NCBI GenBank assembly: GCA_951406725.2
Contig: OX597823.1
Span: forward strand, 12,896,001 to 12,960,000
Source of the DNA: Octopus vulgaris
Taxonomy: Eukaryota
Reading direction: 5' to 3'
Length of the DNA: 64,000 bases
How positions within the stretch are numbered: the stretch's first letter is position 1; every line of letters starts with the position of its first letter. The position numbers and the translations under genes are program-made. Shown here piece by piece: positions 39,577-53,050 of this stretch. A model generated the notes under the pieces. It made no database searches and was not told the DNA's origin. It was given only the letters and a program-made list of their open reading frames with translations.

Positions 39577-39946
39577 TCTCTCTATATATAAACGGCTGTT
39601 TGTCTGTGTGTGTTTCTGTGTGTCTGTTAGGTTGTACCCTCACCCTGACCACGGCTTTCAACCGATTCTGATGAAACTTGACACACACATAGCCCAATGT
39701 CATAATTCAAAACTAACGCAGCGAAAATTTTGAAAAGTTCCCCCAGTTCTGAAAAAAATCGATAAATTCGGCATGGGGTCGAGAATCAGAAACACAAACC
39801 AAAGACTGTCTAGGGGACGCAACTCGACCTTTTTAACTAAAACAAATTTACAATCGTTTTTTTTCCAGTTTTTGGCTATAACTCTCTAAAAATGCTTTAT
39901 AGTTATTTCCCTTACAAACCCGAGGAACGCCGGGCGATACTGCTAG
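39577..39946 (+). mobile_element. Non-autonomous Helitron with a different 5' part but the same 3' end
   Basis: Starts TC after A; ends CCCTTACAAACCCGAGGAACGCCGGGCGATACTGCTAG followed by T. Confidence 0.85.
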
Positions 39947-40054
39947 TAAAATATAAAAAATATAAAATTCCAAATTAAAATATCTAAATTAATGTTAAAA
40001 TTTTAGAAAATTTTAAATAATTTAAAATGTCTGATTTATCTCTAATTTGATATA

Positions 40055-40101
<47 letters not shown>

Positions 40102-40384
40102 TATACCTACGCACATATAAGTATACCTATATGTATATATATATATATATATATACGTAAATATAAGAGAATGACCACTATGTGGTCGACTCTAGCACTA
40201 AAAATATAATTGATGGTACTACTAAATTAGTATCCAATTTTTTCACCCTTATTAGTTGATTATATATATATATATATATATATATAGTTAATCCAAACAA
40301 GAAAGCACAAAACAACACAGCAACGCGAGGGCGTGGAACAAATATAGTATTATTGTACGCTCAGGAAAGAAGGAAAGAAGGAGC

Positions 40385-40419
40385 GTTTAACGTTTCGAGC
40401 GGAGCTCTTCGTCGGAAAC
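40385..40419 (-). ncRNA. Minimal hammerhead motif (C4 variant core)
   Basis: GTTT CCGACGA A GAGC tcc GCTC GAAA CGTT AAAC, at the edge of a roughly 135-bp insert between TA tracts. Confidence 0.72.
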
Positions 40420-40422
40420 ATA

Positions 40423-40479
<57 letters not shown>

Positions 40480-40482
40480 CGA

Positions 40483-40900
40483 CGTGTTTCATATCCGATG
40501 CTTGCGTACTATCTCCCAAATAAAATCGAGAGACCATGTTTATAACAGTGAGTGGCTAACAAAATGCAGCGATTCACGTATTGAAGACACCATCATCAAA
40601 ATACAGCTTAGATTGTCGGGTCATCTCTCACGTATCAGTGATGTCAGAATTTCGAAGGACCTCCTCTTAGGCCAATTCTCAACAGGAATGACAGCTGGAA
40701 GGTCACTCTTGTGCTTCAAAGACAAACTAAAAAACAATATGAAACGATGCAATTTTTCTTTTTCTTCCTGAAAATCAAAGCAACAAAACGTAGGACCTGG
40801 CACCAGTCTTGCTTCTCCTCAGTTCAAAGATTTGAGAAAGATCTACTCCAGCATCGGGACTAAATTTGTGCAAGCATGAAGGCACGTTGGTAAAACGCTG
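40483..40900 (+). mobile_element. RTE-BovB-like LINE ORF2 C-terminal fragment
   Basis: FHIRCLRTI..IK..DHV.N.E.L...QLR..GHL.R....R..K.LL.G......GR....KD.LK motif. Confidence 0.82.
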
Positions 40901-41009
40901 ATCCTCCAAAGGGACACTTTACCTGTAAGGTTTTGAATGTATCCCTATAATAATATTATCTACGACTTGAGATGTATGCCTTGACTTAATGTTTGCTGTG
41001 CTGTTTAAC

Positions 41010-41049
<40 letters not shown>

Positions 41050-41274
41050 AGAGAGACAGACAGACAGAGGTGATGAGAGGTAATGGTTTGAATAAGACGC
41101 AAAGGTGTCAGGTAATGCTGAGTAAGTGCTTTGGACAGACCAAAGTTAAGCTCCAGTTTTGGTGATTCTGCGAATGAGTCCAACGTCGCTCATATATCAG
41201 CATGTCTATATACATTTTTTTCAGAATGAGATAAAAAACCAAGACCGTAAAGAATTTAGAACGTTTATATATAG

Positions 41275-41322
41275 GTCTTACAGCTGTTTCCGGTATATTT
41301 TATATAACTCTTCATCGGAGAC
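41275..41322 (-). ncRNA. Minimal hammerhead motif (C4 variant core, GUA site)
   Basis: GTCT CCGATGA a gagttata taaaa tataccg GAAA CAGCTG TA AGAC. Confidence 0.68.
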
Positions 41323-42107
41323 GGTGTGAGGAAATGGTTTCGCAATAGTTAATTTAGATAAGATATGAAATAGAGAGTGAAGTGGAGGAATGGAAATAGA
41401 TGTAAGATATTCAGGGATATTGCATTTATAGATCCATTATTTAGGCACAATGGTATACATTTAAAATTCCAATACCTCGTGAGTAAATCCCGATAGTATT
41501 TAAAATTGGTCATTCTAAGTATAAAGTTTGTACACAGTGCTATTGAACCGAGGGTTTATTTAAAGTGACCTAAAACGCATTCCCTACTTTTATAAATGTA
41601 TATTTGTGTGTTTTGTGTGTGTGTGAGAGGGACAGTTAGTATACGTATATATTCTATGTTTATGCTTTTGTTTCAGTTCTTTCCCACTCCACCGCATATA
41701 CATACGTACATATATGTATGTATATATATATATACTACTACTACTAATATAGGATGAAGATTTTTTACAGAAAAAATTCCATCAAAAAATGTGGCAGCAT
41801 ATTAAAATACCTTTAAGGTTAAAATTATAAACAACTTATGAATAAGGGCTAAAGAAAATTATTTCTATGCCAATATCGTCAATTTCCACATATTATTTAC
41901 TCGCTACAGAAAACACGTAGAGCTGAAAACGAGGAAAGCCAGCCAATAGAATTTTCTTTTAAAGTTCGTTATTTCTATATTGAATCAATTTCGGAATTAA
42001 TCTCATAATTGATTTTTTCCTCATTAGTAGAAAATACGAAAAGATATAAATAAAATACTTACATGCGCCCATGGAAAAAAGCCGAAGCAAAAATCATGAG
42101 TACACAT

Positions 42108-42165
<58 letters not shown>

Positions 42166-43039
42166 TGTAACCAAGTGAGGCTAGAGTAAAAACTGACACG
42201 ACTATATAGGTGGGGTAAGTCTATCAACTGTTTAAGATGTTTAAATTCATTCATGGCATATAATTTACTTTTATACTTTGCTATTCTTTTCTGATCAAAC
42301 GAGATTGACATACGTCTGGCTTATGCACCACTTTCAACAAGAGCGGATGAGAGTGACCCTGTAAGTCTATTCTGTCTGCAAAAAATACTTATTTTTAACA
42401 TAGGCATTGGTCGATAAATGAAGAACTGTGACTTCAACAACAACAATAGCGATGAAGTCATAACATTCCATTACTCTTTATATTATGACATTATGTCTAT
42501 CTGCCAGGCCAGATGCTAAGCCAATTACGAAGTCCATTTTCAATAAAATTGATACAGCTGCTCCTAATGTTCCTGCCTAAATTAATCCATAAAGAAAATG
42601 GCCTGTACATAGCCTACATAATTATCGTTATTCAACTAAGGAGATATCCAATAAGCGGAGAGAGAGAGAGTGAGAGCAGGAGTGAGATAAAAGAAAAAAG
42701 AAAGAAAAAGAAGAAAAGTTGAATGAAAGGAAAAATCAAATAAACTACATCCTGAGTTAGAAACATACACTTATCCTCTGGTACATTCGAAAATCGCTTA
42801 TATTCTATCTCATCTAAAAAGATTACACGTACCTCTCTAATAAGGGAGCATACCTGATTGGCAGAACTACTAAAAATAGTACAGGAAAGTAATCTTCATC
42901 ATGTCTCATAGTATCAACTTTACGAAGGAAATGAAAAGAAAATGTATTTACTTGATCTAAAAGCAACAAATTCGTACAACTAATACGAAGAACTTTTTTG
43001 TGCTGTTTTGCTATGAATAGTTAGACTATTAAATTTATC

Positions 43040-43623
43040 GATGTTTTCGATCTAATTTGGATTCTTTGCGATCAAATTTGAATTCTTTGCGATTAAATTT
43101 GAATTTTTCAATTGGTGCTCAAGCCTTGAAGAAAAAAGAGCGTTAAACTACATCAGCCGTAAGGGAATACATGTCTATCTTATCTAACTCGTCTAGTAGA
43201 GCCCACCAATTGATATCTGAAAAGTTCGATGAAATAACTCATGAACACTGCGATAGCTTCTACCAAAAGATGCTTCATTACGTCGACCGGTCTGAACAAG
43301 GGGAGATAATAGAAAAAGAATCATTCGTTTAATATCTCCCCTTGTTCAGACCGCTTTACGTGATGGAGCATCTTTTGGTAGAAGCTATAGCATTGTTCAT
43401 GAGTTATTTCATCGAACTTTTCAGATATTAATTGGTGGGCTCTACTGGACGAGTTAGATAAGATAGTCATGTATTCCCTTACGGCTGATGTAGTTTAACT
43501 CTCTATTTTTTTTCAAGGCTTGAGCACCAATTGAAAAATTTAAATTTGATTGCAAAGAATTCAAATTTGATGGCAAAGAATTCAAATTTGATTGCAAAGA
43601 ATCCAAACTAGATCGAAAACATC
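43040..43623. mobile_element. Foldback element / long inverted repeat (arms about 43040-43308 and 43333-43623)
   Basis: Arms are reverse complements with scattered substitutions; subterminal 20-bp tandem unit (GAATTCTTTGCGATCAAATTT-like) has an extra copy in the right arm. Confidence 0.92.
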
Positions 43624-46149
43624 TATATTATAGACAACACCAAGGTGATCATATAAATTCGATGCCCATATTAGCTATTCGTACAATAATTTCTTCAAAT
43701 GACTAATTGTAATCAAACATACGAAAAGAGACACCCTAAATATGTCGATGTCCCACGTTTCGGAAGTTCTGCATAATTAATAAGCGTGGCCTCTTATCGA
43801 ATAAGAGAAACAAAAACAGCATAAACACTGATGAACTATTCGCGCAGAGAAGACTCTGCTAATTTCATAGATTCGAACATTAGTGTCAGTGGTTTGAAAG
43901 CAGGATTTTTGATGTTTTTTTTTCTTCCAAAAGTTCATCAAGAAGTATTAGACTAAACACGCGAACTTTTGACCAGAATTAGTCATTTTATAAAAATTTT
44001 GTATTCAACGCTTATGCTTTAACTCGTGTGAATTTGGAGGTTCTCTGTCCTCACTGTACTTTTTTTAAAGTCATAGTTAGTGACTTAGATATTGATCACT
44101 CTTGGTTTGCTACATCAATACGCTAGCGCAAACATTACTTTTATTTATTTAACATTTAATTTGAACATCTGAAAACACTTCTGCCAAAAAAAAACCCCCC
44201 AAAAAACGTAACCTGAATCCAATTCTAGATAGCATCAAAATAAGAGAGAAAACGCTGGGAAAGGTGATTTGTGCGTGAAAAGGGAATATTTTTGTCTTTT
44301 GACGGAAAGAGGCGAAGATATACGTGACTTGATATCTCAGAGCAGGTGATATGAGCTATTTATTTCAGAGGAACAGTTTCCGTTGTAGAAGTGATAGATG
44401 AAAGAATGAGATGAAAGAACTCAATAATTTGTTTTGTGAAAACTCAATTCCTTGTTCTGCAGTTTTCAGTACCTTCATTTTAATATAATACACCTGAGGA
44501 GAATAATTAATTACCCACTAAAATGTTTCGAAGGTATTATCATTTAAGATCTTTATTACAAATAGCTACTGTATGTAATACGAAACAGTACTGTATTCTT
44601 AATACATGCTGTCTTTTTCCTACAAAGAGTTTACTTTAATGAGTTTCATCTTTGTTTTCCGTCGACTGGTAGTGAGATTAGTGTCTATGAATTATATTAC
44701 AGCAGTAAAGGTTGCCGTACCATGAAGGTAAAATCACATATATCTATGTATTGTAGATGTTTTTCTAATTAATTATCTTATGGAAATTAATCCCACATAA
44801 ATATTAGAAATTTCTCCCTAAATATATATTTAATAAAAGTATCTGGTAAACTTTGGTCGATATATATTTGGAAAAATTCAAGTGCACGTTCGTTACCCTA
44901 GATATTTTTTTCAAGTTTGTTTATCTTTCTCTACAACGAATCTTGTCTCAAGAAACTATTTTGCTTTTCATTTTATTTCATAAACACTTTAATTCGTTTT
45001 TATAACGTTTTTATTTTTGTTACATAACTTCTTTGTATTGGCAAAACTATTTCAAAATTATAAACAAAAAGCCAAAAAAAATGCATTAACGTATTAAGAA
45101 AAATCATTTATGCCACTTTCAGATCTTTCAATCATTTGCTAGATCTTAAATTGTCACTTAGTTTTATAATTCAGATTTAATTTTCTCGTCGTCAGTTCCA
45201 AATTTGGAGATGATTATTTTACTATTTTTCTATTTGTATAATTTTTATTCACAATAAGAATTGAGTTAAAATCAGAAAACTATATTTATAAACAAAACTG
45301 TGTGTCTGTTAAAAAGAAAATAACTAATTCAGGTTTGAAAATAAAATCTCTTTTTAATGAAAATCAAATTACGTTCACGTCGACATTGCTGCGAAGATTA
45401 TAAAGATATTTGTAAACTTAAAAAACAAACACAAGCTGAATTGTTGATTGTCTATATGTAAATGAAACTAGTTTATGAATAGATAAACGCTAATTTGAAA
45501 AAGTATAACTAACGATATGGTAAAAACCACGATAGAGAGAGGAGTGATTGAGAAAGAGGGAGAAAGAAAGAAGAAAGAACAGAAAAGAGTGGTCATTTTT
45601 AATTCGATGGACATTAACTATAATTGCGTGGGCTTTGGGGAAATCAAGTGTGTGTGTGTGTGTGTATGTGTGTGTGTGCACGCACCTATTTTTATTATGT
45701 ATATATATATATGTAGATAGATAGATAAATACATAGATTGAGAGACAGAAAAATAGACATGAATACATACAAACTTATGTATATATTGAGCAAGGAACAG
45801 GCACATATTTATACACACACATATACACTCACTCACTCACTCACTCATTTGTTCACATTTTCTCCCTCACACACGCACACATAAAAATACAAACACACAC
45901 ACACCTATATATATGTAAGTATGTTTTTCTATGCTAACACATTTGCCCTTACCAAAGCCAATGCAACTCTAACACTCATCACATTAAACAAGTTCAATCT
46001 GTCTTATAACTATATTTGTGTGTCTCTGTGTATGAATATGTGTGCGTGACTGTGTGAGTGTGTGCATATATGTATGTGCAAGATAAATGTGAATTTGTTG
46101 CTTCGTACTATTAGTGATGTAACCTGTGATTATTTGGCATTTGCATTTT

Positions 46150-47230
46150 CAACATTAGGATTCTTTGCTCGGGCGATCCGGCTGTAAACGAGATCCAACT
46201 AATATTCCAGCAGCAACTGTGCATGGATCAACCCCCTAAATTCAAAACCATCAGGTAGCATCATCAGCAGATTTACTTGCAGACCGAATGACTCTCGCCA
46301 TCCTGAATGTCCAATTCATTATGTACTTGCCAGAATGTACGCCCAGCAAATCTTCTACATCAAACCTCTATTAAATCCTAATAATTACTCCAATCTTTAT
46401 TCCGGAACTTCACAAGTTCTTAGTAATACGTCCGTTTCTTTTTCATTTCTTTTGGCAATGCATTCTCCTCAGATGACCTTAAATTCCAGCATAATTAGTT
46501 CAGAAGTGAGAAACAAGTGAGAAACAAGTCTGACTGGAACGATGTTGGTAGATTGTGATGTGGAAACTACAGCTGTCGCTCCTATTCAACTTATCTTTGC
46601 CAGTCGAAGTCCGTTGTTGTTTATATTTGTGTAGTGGTTTCCTCCCTGCATCGACACATTTTATTAATTTCTTTGGAACATGCCACTGATAACTTGCGTT
46701 TATCAGTGTTGCTATGCTTTCAGCAATTGCCTTAAAAGCTTGGCGACTGGTATCAACTAAAGTATCCTTACTTCAGGGCGTTTGGTTACTTACTGAGATG
46801 TTTCTCGCATCCCCTTTCAGTCAGACCGGTTTAAATAGAGTCTAAGCCTCAATGGTCCTCTTTCCGAACAAAATGAAGCCTTTCCTCTCTATAAGCCTTG
46901 CTAACCTTGTCTTTCGGAAGTAGTCCCAGTCCGCTTTTAGAAGTTCCATGATACGTATTAATTCATCTTGCTTTAGTCGCGACTCTGTCACACGTCCCGA
47001 TTTAAGAGCATCGAGTTCCCAGTATAAAAACCCGAGATATCATTATACTGCATTGTCTGAACAATGTTCTTGGAGAGAAACTCACTCTTGGGGTGCAATA
47101 TTAGCCAAAATCTTCCCTTTAACAACAAAATCGATCGAAACCAACTGATGGACAACTTCACCACTTCATCACGTCATACTCATGACCATCCAATGTTTCT
47201 TATACAGTAAATAACACTAGGGGGCTGGGA
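46150..47230 (-). mobile_element. Highly degenerate R2-group (HERO/NeSL-like) non-LTR retrotransposon, C-terminal region
   Basis: Frame-shifted remnants SGLG, KAIAESI and LIEV*CRRFAG (cf. the P.EVGCRGF motif of restriction-like endonucleases). Confidence 0.5.
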
Positions 47231-47409
47231 CTAGAAGTAAAGCTTACGAGCTTCTTGTCTTCTCATCTCTATTCAGCCATGTAGTTTCAAATTTGACTCT
47301 GTTGTTAGTTTACTAGGCTGAGAGATTTCAGATTTATTGTGCTAAAGCCAATTTTCTTTTACCTGATCATTCAGATTGTTGAGGCAAAATCAGATTATTC
47401 TACAGGCTG

Positions 47410-47447
<38 letters not shown>

Positions 47448-50077
47448 AAGACACATGCACATACATGAACTTTGGTTTTAGCTTTTATTTGCAGTGTACA
47501 GTTTGAACCCTGTTGAAGCACAAATTTTCTTAGATTACTACTATTATTTGGTGTAGTTTGTTTAAAATCCAACAAACAAGGAGTTTCAAATCCTGTGATT
47601 TTTTGTTTGAAAAACTAGAAAAATTGTCAAAATGATATAAAATGGTTTTAACGCTATTCGCAGAAAACATCTGACAGCGTTCGCTACAAGAAAGCCTCTG
47701 ATGTGACACGTAGTCCACATATAAAGATGTACATTAGTTACATTGGAAATCTATAAGTAGATAGGTTTATAGTAGACTGCGTAATGTGATGCGCTTGCAG
47801 ATAGAGAGTGTTTTTATATGAACGTGTTTTTGTGTATGCATAAGTCTATGTGTTGGTGTGTGAGATTTGGTGACTTGAGAATATCAATTATTTTGCACAT
47901 TTTTCTAAAGTTATTGAAGTAAGAAAACGAAATTGAATTTTCCTCCTCCTTTTATAGGGTCAATGTAAAGTGCTGAGGACAAATCAGCTTGATGAATAAT
48001 CGATTTTTTAATATCCGAATATACACTACACTGACAGTGATGGAACGCAAACCATGAACTGCCATCCGGTTTTTCGGAACTGTATTGAGTATATATTCAG
48101 TCTCAAATGGTTCTGCAGCTCAAGGTGAATAGGCTGAATGATGGAGTTTGATGTACTTTACATAATATAATAGTGTTGAGAATATAGGAGATTATATACT
48201 GCGCAAGCATACAAAAGTCTTTGAGATATATTATATAGAGCTCTATGTCTAATGCTTCCATTATGTAATTGTTTCAAAATTTAGAACACATCACTGAGAT
48301 TGATCTTCAAATGTCACCTTCTCATAAAACTTTTGAACTGGTTATTTTCTCTTATTATGGGTCACTCGTGAGAACATTTTCTTTCTTAATTTGAACTATG
48401 TAACTATATATATGTCACTGTATGTAACTTTATTAGGCATTATGACACCATTACTTCGTTTTGAATGTAATATCATTTGTTCAACGAATATATTCACAGT
48501 TATTGAATCTCTATGGTGCCATTAGACGGAGTTTGCTTTGGTTTTCCAAATAACTACTGAACCAGAAAAGATAAAAACATAACGAAATGAAATATATAAT
48601 GTGGTTTCATGTATACATTAGTGTAAACGGAATTAGTGATTATCTAAGGCGTTGATAAACCAGACGCTTACACGATCAGAGCGGATCTATTAAAATTAAA
48701 ATTTTTGTATCTGAGACGCAGTAAAATACCAAACATCTCCGGTAGAAACTATAATAAAGAATTATTCAGTTTCTCAGTCCAACATACCAACACAACATAG
48801 CATATAGTAGATGTCATAATTCAATGTTGCTCTTGAGAGATTAATTTTATTCTTACTTTTACCTAAACTGCTTTCCTCGTTTTTAATAATTATATTCTGT
48901 TAGATAGAGAAATTCCATCCTTATGTTTTTGTTGTTAATGTTGTGGTTCTGCTGCTGTTGTTGTTATTATTGTTATTATTGTTGTTGTTATTGCCATCGT
49001 CGTTTTTGTTGTTCTTCTTAGTCTTCCACTTAGTTTGCTTAAGGCCCACTCTGAGTGAGAAAATACGTGACTAAAGTCAGATAATAGCTTTTTAAATAAT
49101 GAGGGGTATATACGTACACAGATACTCTTCATAGAAAACCTGCTATTATTAGGTTACCACATCACCACCACCACCGCCGACAATTAATTTGAAGATGGAT
49201 TCCAGAATATGTAGTTTGAGGTATGTCAACTAAAAATGGGTATTTTAATTGAAATACTAGAAACGAGGTTGATTATATTTATGTTTATTAAAAAAAAAAC
49301 AACCGCATTCTCCATAGATTTAATATAAAAACAAACATACCTGTTGTAGCGTCTAAGACGTGCTAATAATGGGTCATCGTTTTAGAGCATATTTGAAAAT
49401 TCTTATGAATTTTTATCACTAAATGTTTATCACTAAATTAAAATTTGACCATGAAGAGAAGCTTTGCATGTTATTAAATTCTGTAATAAAATTATTCTTT
49501 GCAGACACTAACAATTTAATACAGACTAGGTGAAACGTATTTATTTAAATTAAATATATACACAACTCTGTGTATTGGCTTGAATATAATATTAAAACAT
49601 TGAACTCTTTCTATGTCCATCATTGCAGCTTCCATCACTGTCACAGTGGTCGCTGTTTAATTTTGCTTTTTAATTTGATTCTTCAAACTCATTCATGATT
49701 CACTTATGTAGTTTCCATATAGAATTATATGTACGGTGGTGTGTGACACTAAACACGTCTGCAATCCTATACAGACAGCAAAACCTTTGAAGTGTCCTTC
49801 AACTAAGTTTATTTATGAAATAAAAATATTGTCAGAATCAAAAAAAAAAGAAACAATTAATATAAAATGACCGAAAACTAGAAACGTCCATAGCAACAGA
49901 ACGGAGGAGAAAATGAATATAAACTTGTTTATACAACATATATACGATGCATATATATATATGTATATGCACACACGTATATATATATATATACATATAT
50001 ATATATGTGTGTATGTATGTATAAATATATATGTATACATACATATATATACATATATTTATACATACATACATATA

Positions 50078-50177
<100 letters not shown>

Positions 50178-50237
50178 CATATACAAATATATATATATAT
50201 ATATATATACATATATATATACATATATATCTATATA

Positions 50238-50310
<73 letters not shown>

Positions 50311-50757
50311 TCATATACATAAGCATCCGTCGGTGGGTGATGGACTGATAGAGTTATTAGAACATGAGTTAGAATTCCTCACTAAATGTGCCCAGAGTCT
50401 TGAAACTTTGAGTTCAGACCATGCTGGGATGAACTTTTTTTTCATCCTTTCCATATTGATATAAAAATAAAATTCTATCCTCGGATAGTTTGGTCAGAGA
50501 GTCGGACGAGATATTTTCCAGTGTTTTTTTTTCTTAGTCTTCAAGTTCTGATAGCAACAACGGGACGATGTTGATGCCAAGCTCTGTCGCATCATGTTGC
50601 TTGGCCTCCTCTTGAATAATATATCAGTGGCATGGATAGAGGAGCCCAAAATCGATGGTCTCATGACAATTTTCGTAACACAGGGAACTTGCCTAATTGT
50701 GCCACATTCATTATGTTGGTACATAGTTAACATTAACTACTGGAGGTCCAAAAGCAT

Positions 50758-50789
<32 letters not shown>

Positions 50790-50854
50790 ATCTCTGTGTC
50801 TGTTTGTGTGTACGTATGCTCGTGCGATGTTTCTGTATATGCGGTATATTCTTT

Positions 50855-51059
50855 TCTTCTTTTACTTGTTTCAGTCATTTGACTGCGGCCATGCTGGAGC
50901 ACCGCCTTTTAGTCGAGCAAATCGACCCCAGAACGTATTCTTCGTAAGCCTAGTACGTATTCTATCGGTCACTTTTGCCGAACCGCTAAGTTACGGGGAC
51001 GTAAGCGAACCAGCGTCGGTTGTCAAGTGATGTCACGGGTACAAATGCAAACAGACAAG

Positions 51060-51143
<84 letters not shown>

Positions 51144-51320
51144 GAGAGAGAGAGAGATTGAGTGAGAGAGAGATACTACGTGTTTCTTTCAGTTTCTGTC
51201 TACCAAATCCACCCACAAAGCTTTGGTCGGTCCGATGCTATAGCAGAAGACTCTTGTCCAAGGTGCCATGCAGTGGGACTGAACCTGGAACCATGTGGTT
51301 GGTGAGCAAACTCTTACGCC
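50855..51320 (-). mobile_element. Diverged SINE family A
   Basis: Reverse complement of family A with an expanded internal microsatellite. Confidence 0.88.
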
Positions 51321-51892
51321 TATATGAACATATTGCAGGAATATATTTTATCATATTTCTTCTATTTGTTTCAGTTATTGAACTGTGGCTTAGCTGGGGA
51401 ATTTTTTTAGAGGTTTTAGCCTAAAAATAGACCACAGTACATATTTTTAAGAATAGTAACAATAATTTATTTTGTCAAACCGCTAGATGATGGAGATATA
51501 TGTACAAAAATCAAAAGAGGCTGTGCAGTGGACTCACACAGATACTAACACAAACAGACAGACAGAGAGCAAAACACACCCACACACTATGCATACTTCT
51601 GAAGAACTGACACAAATATTGCTGGAACAAGACTGATAAAATGTATTACTTAATATATAATAATAATTTGGCAATAATCTGCTAGCAAAGTGTAGATGAA
51701 ACAACTGAAGTATTAACCAATAAAGCCCGTTTGTTCAATCCAGTCTCTTTTCTTTACATTTCTACACTGGCACACACACATACACACGCACGCATGCACA
51801 CATGCAAACACACACATATACTTATGTGCATATATATATATTTATATATATATACATACATATATACGTATATACGTATATACATATACATA

Positions 51893-52054
51893 GGCGCAGG
51901 AGTGACTGTGTGGTAAGTAGCTTGCTAACAAACCACATGGTTCCGGGTTCAGTCCTACTGCGTGGCATCTTGGGCAAGTGTTTTCTGCTATAGCTCCGGG
52001 CCGACCAATGCCTTGTGAGTGGATTTGGTAGACGGAAACTGAAAGAAGCCTGTC

Positions 52055-52088
<34 letters not shown>

Positions 52089-52590
52089 AAATAAAAATAC
52101 AATAAAAATGGTAAATAATTTTTCTGTGGTTTTTCATGTTACCAACAATTATTTACCGGTAAATTTCGGTATGTAAATACGACAAATTCATCGTCAGGAA
52201 CGTTGTAAGGTTCAGTATATAGTAAAGTAAATAAGAGGGCTAGCAGCTGCTTCGCCTCATACCGAAGAAATTAGAAATGGCAGTCAAAGACTGTTTTTTC
52301 CATTTTCTGTAAGTGAGATTCCAAAAACGAAGGCTCGTGCGGCTCACATACACAAAACCGGAGTAGCAAATAGACGCAAACAGTCACTTACCGTTAATAA
52401 CGAACATGTTTCTGGATCACAAACTCAGAAAAGTAGTTTGATTTCCTTCATCGGCGCTATATTCGATAGATTTACCAAATGCCACAGCCCTCACTTCCCG
52501 GGGTCGATTTGCTCGACTAAAGGCGGTGCCCCAGCATTGCCGCAGTCAAATGACTGAAACAAGTAAAAGAGTAAAAGAGTAATAAAAGAG
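51893..52590 (+). mobile_element. SINE family A split by a hammerhead-bearing insert (about 52087-52495)
   Basis: 5' half at 51893-52060, tail at 52496-52590; unrelated sequence lies between them. Confidence 0.82.
52397..52460 (-). ncRNA. Type I hammerhead motif with extended stem II
   Basis: ATAGCG CCGATGA a GGA aat CAAACT acttttctg AGTTTG tga TCC a GAAA CATG TT CGTTAT. Confidence 0.68.
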
Positions 52591-52591
52591 T

Positions 52592-52633
<42 letters not shown>

Positions 52634-52745
52634 TGGTCACGGCAGCGCAGTATAATTTTAAATGGCGGTGCCCCAGCATGGCCACAGCTCATTAGCTGAA
52701 ACTAGAAAAATCAAAATCAAATCAAATCAAAATCATATATGTATT

Positions 52746-52796
<51 letters not shown>

Positions 52797-52829
52797 GTGT
52801 GTGTATCTATATATACGTATATATATGTG

Positions 52830-52911
<82 letters not shown>

Positions 52912-52914
<3 letters not shown>

Positions 52915-53050
52915 CAGGGTTATTCGAAAAGAATGAACCGATTTCATTGTGCAATATTTTAATAAGGAAAAGCAATAGAAAACTCCAGCTGAGTCACAAG
53001 TATTTACTCACAATCAACTTTTATTTCCTCGGCGAGGCCATCACCTCCAG
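52912..53050. mobile_element. Tc1/mariner-like terminal fragment
   Basis: TA-CAGGGTTATTCGAAAAGAATGAACCGATTTCA resembles a Tc1/mariner TIR; no partner TIR found. Confidence 0.4.

Noticed and set aside
42304-42360. Possible plus-strand exon ending at GTAAGT (similar candidate 49153-49220)
   Set aside because: Weak acceptors, no recognisable protein, and no consistent gene model.
50494-50733. Possible piggyBac transposase remnant (RPSILG)
   Set aside because: Too degenerate; no TTAA/TIR or catalytic motif confirmed.
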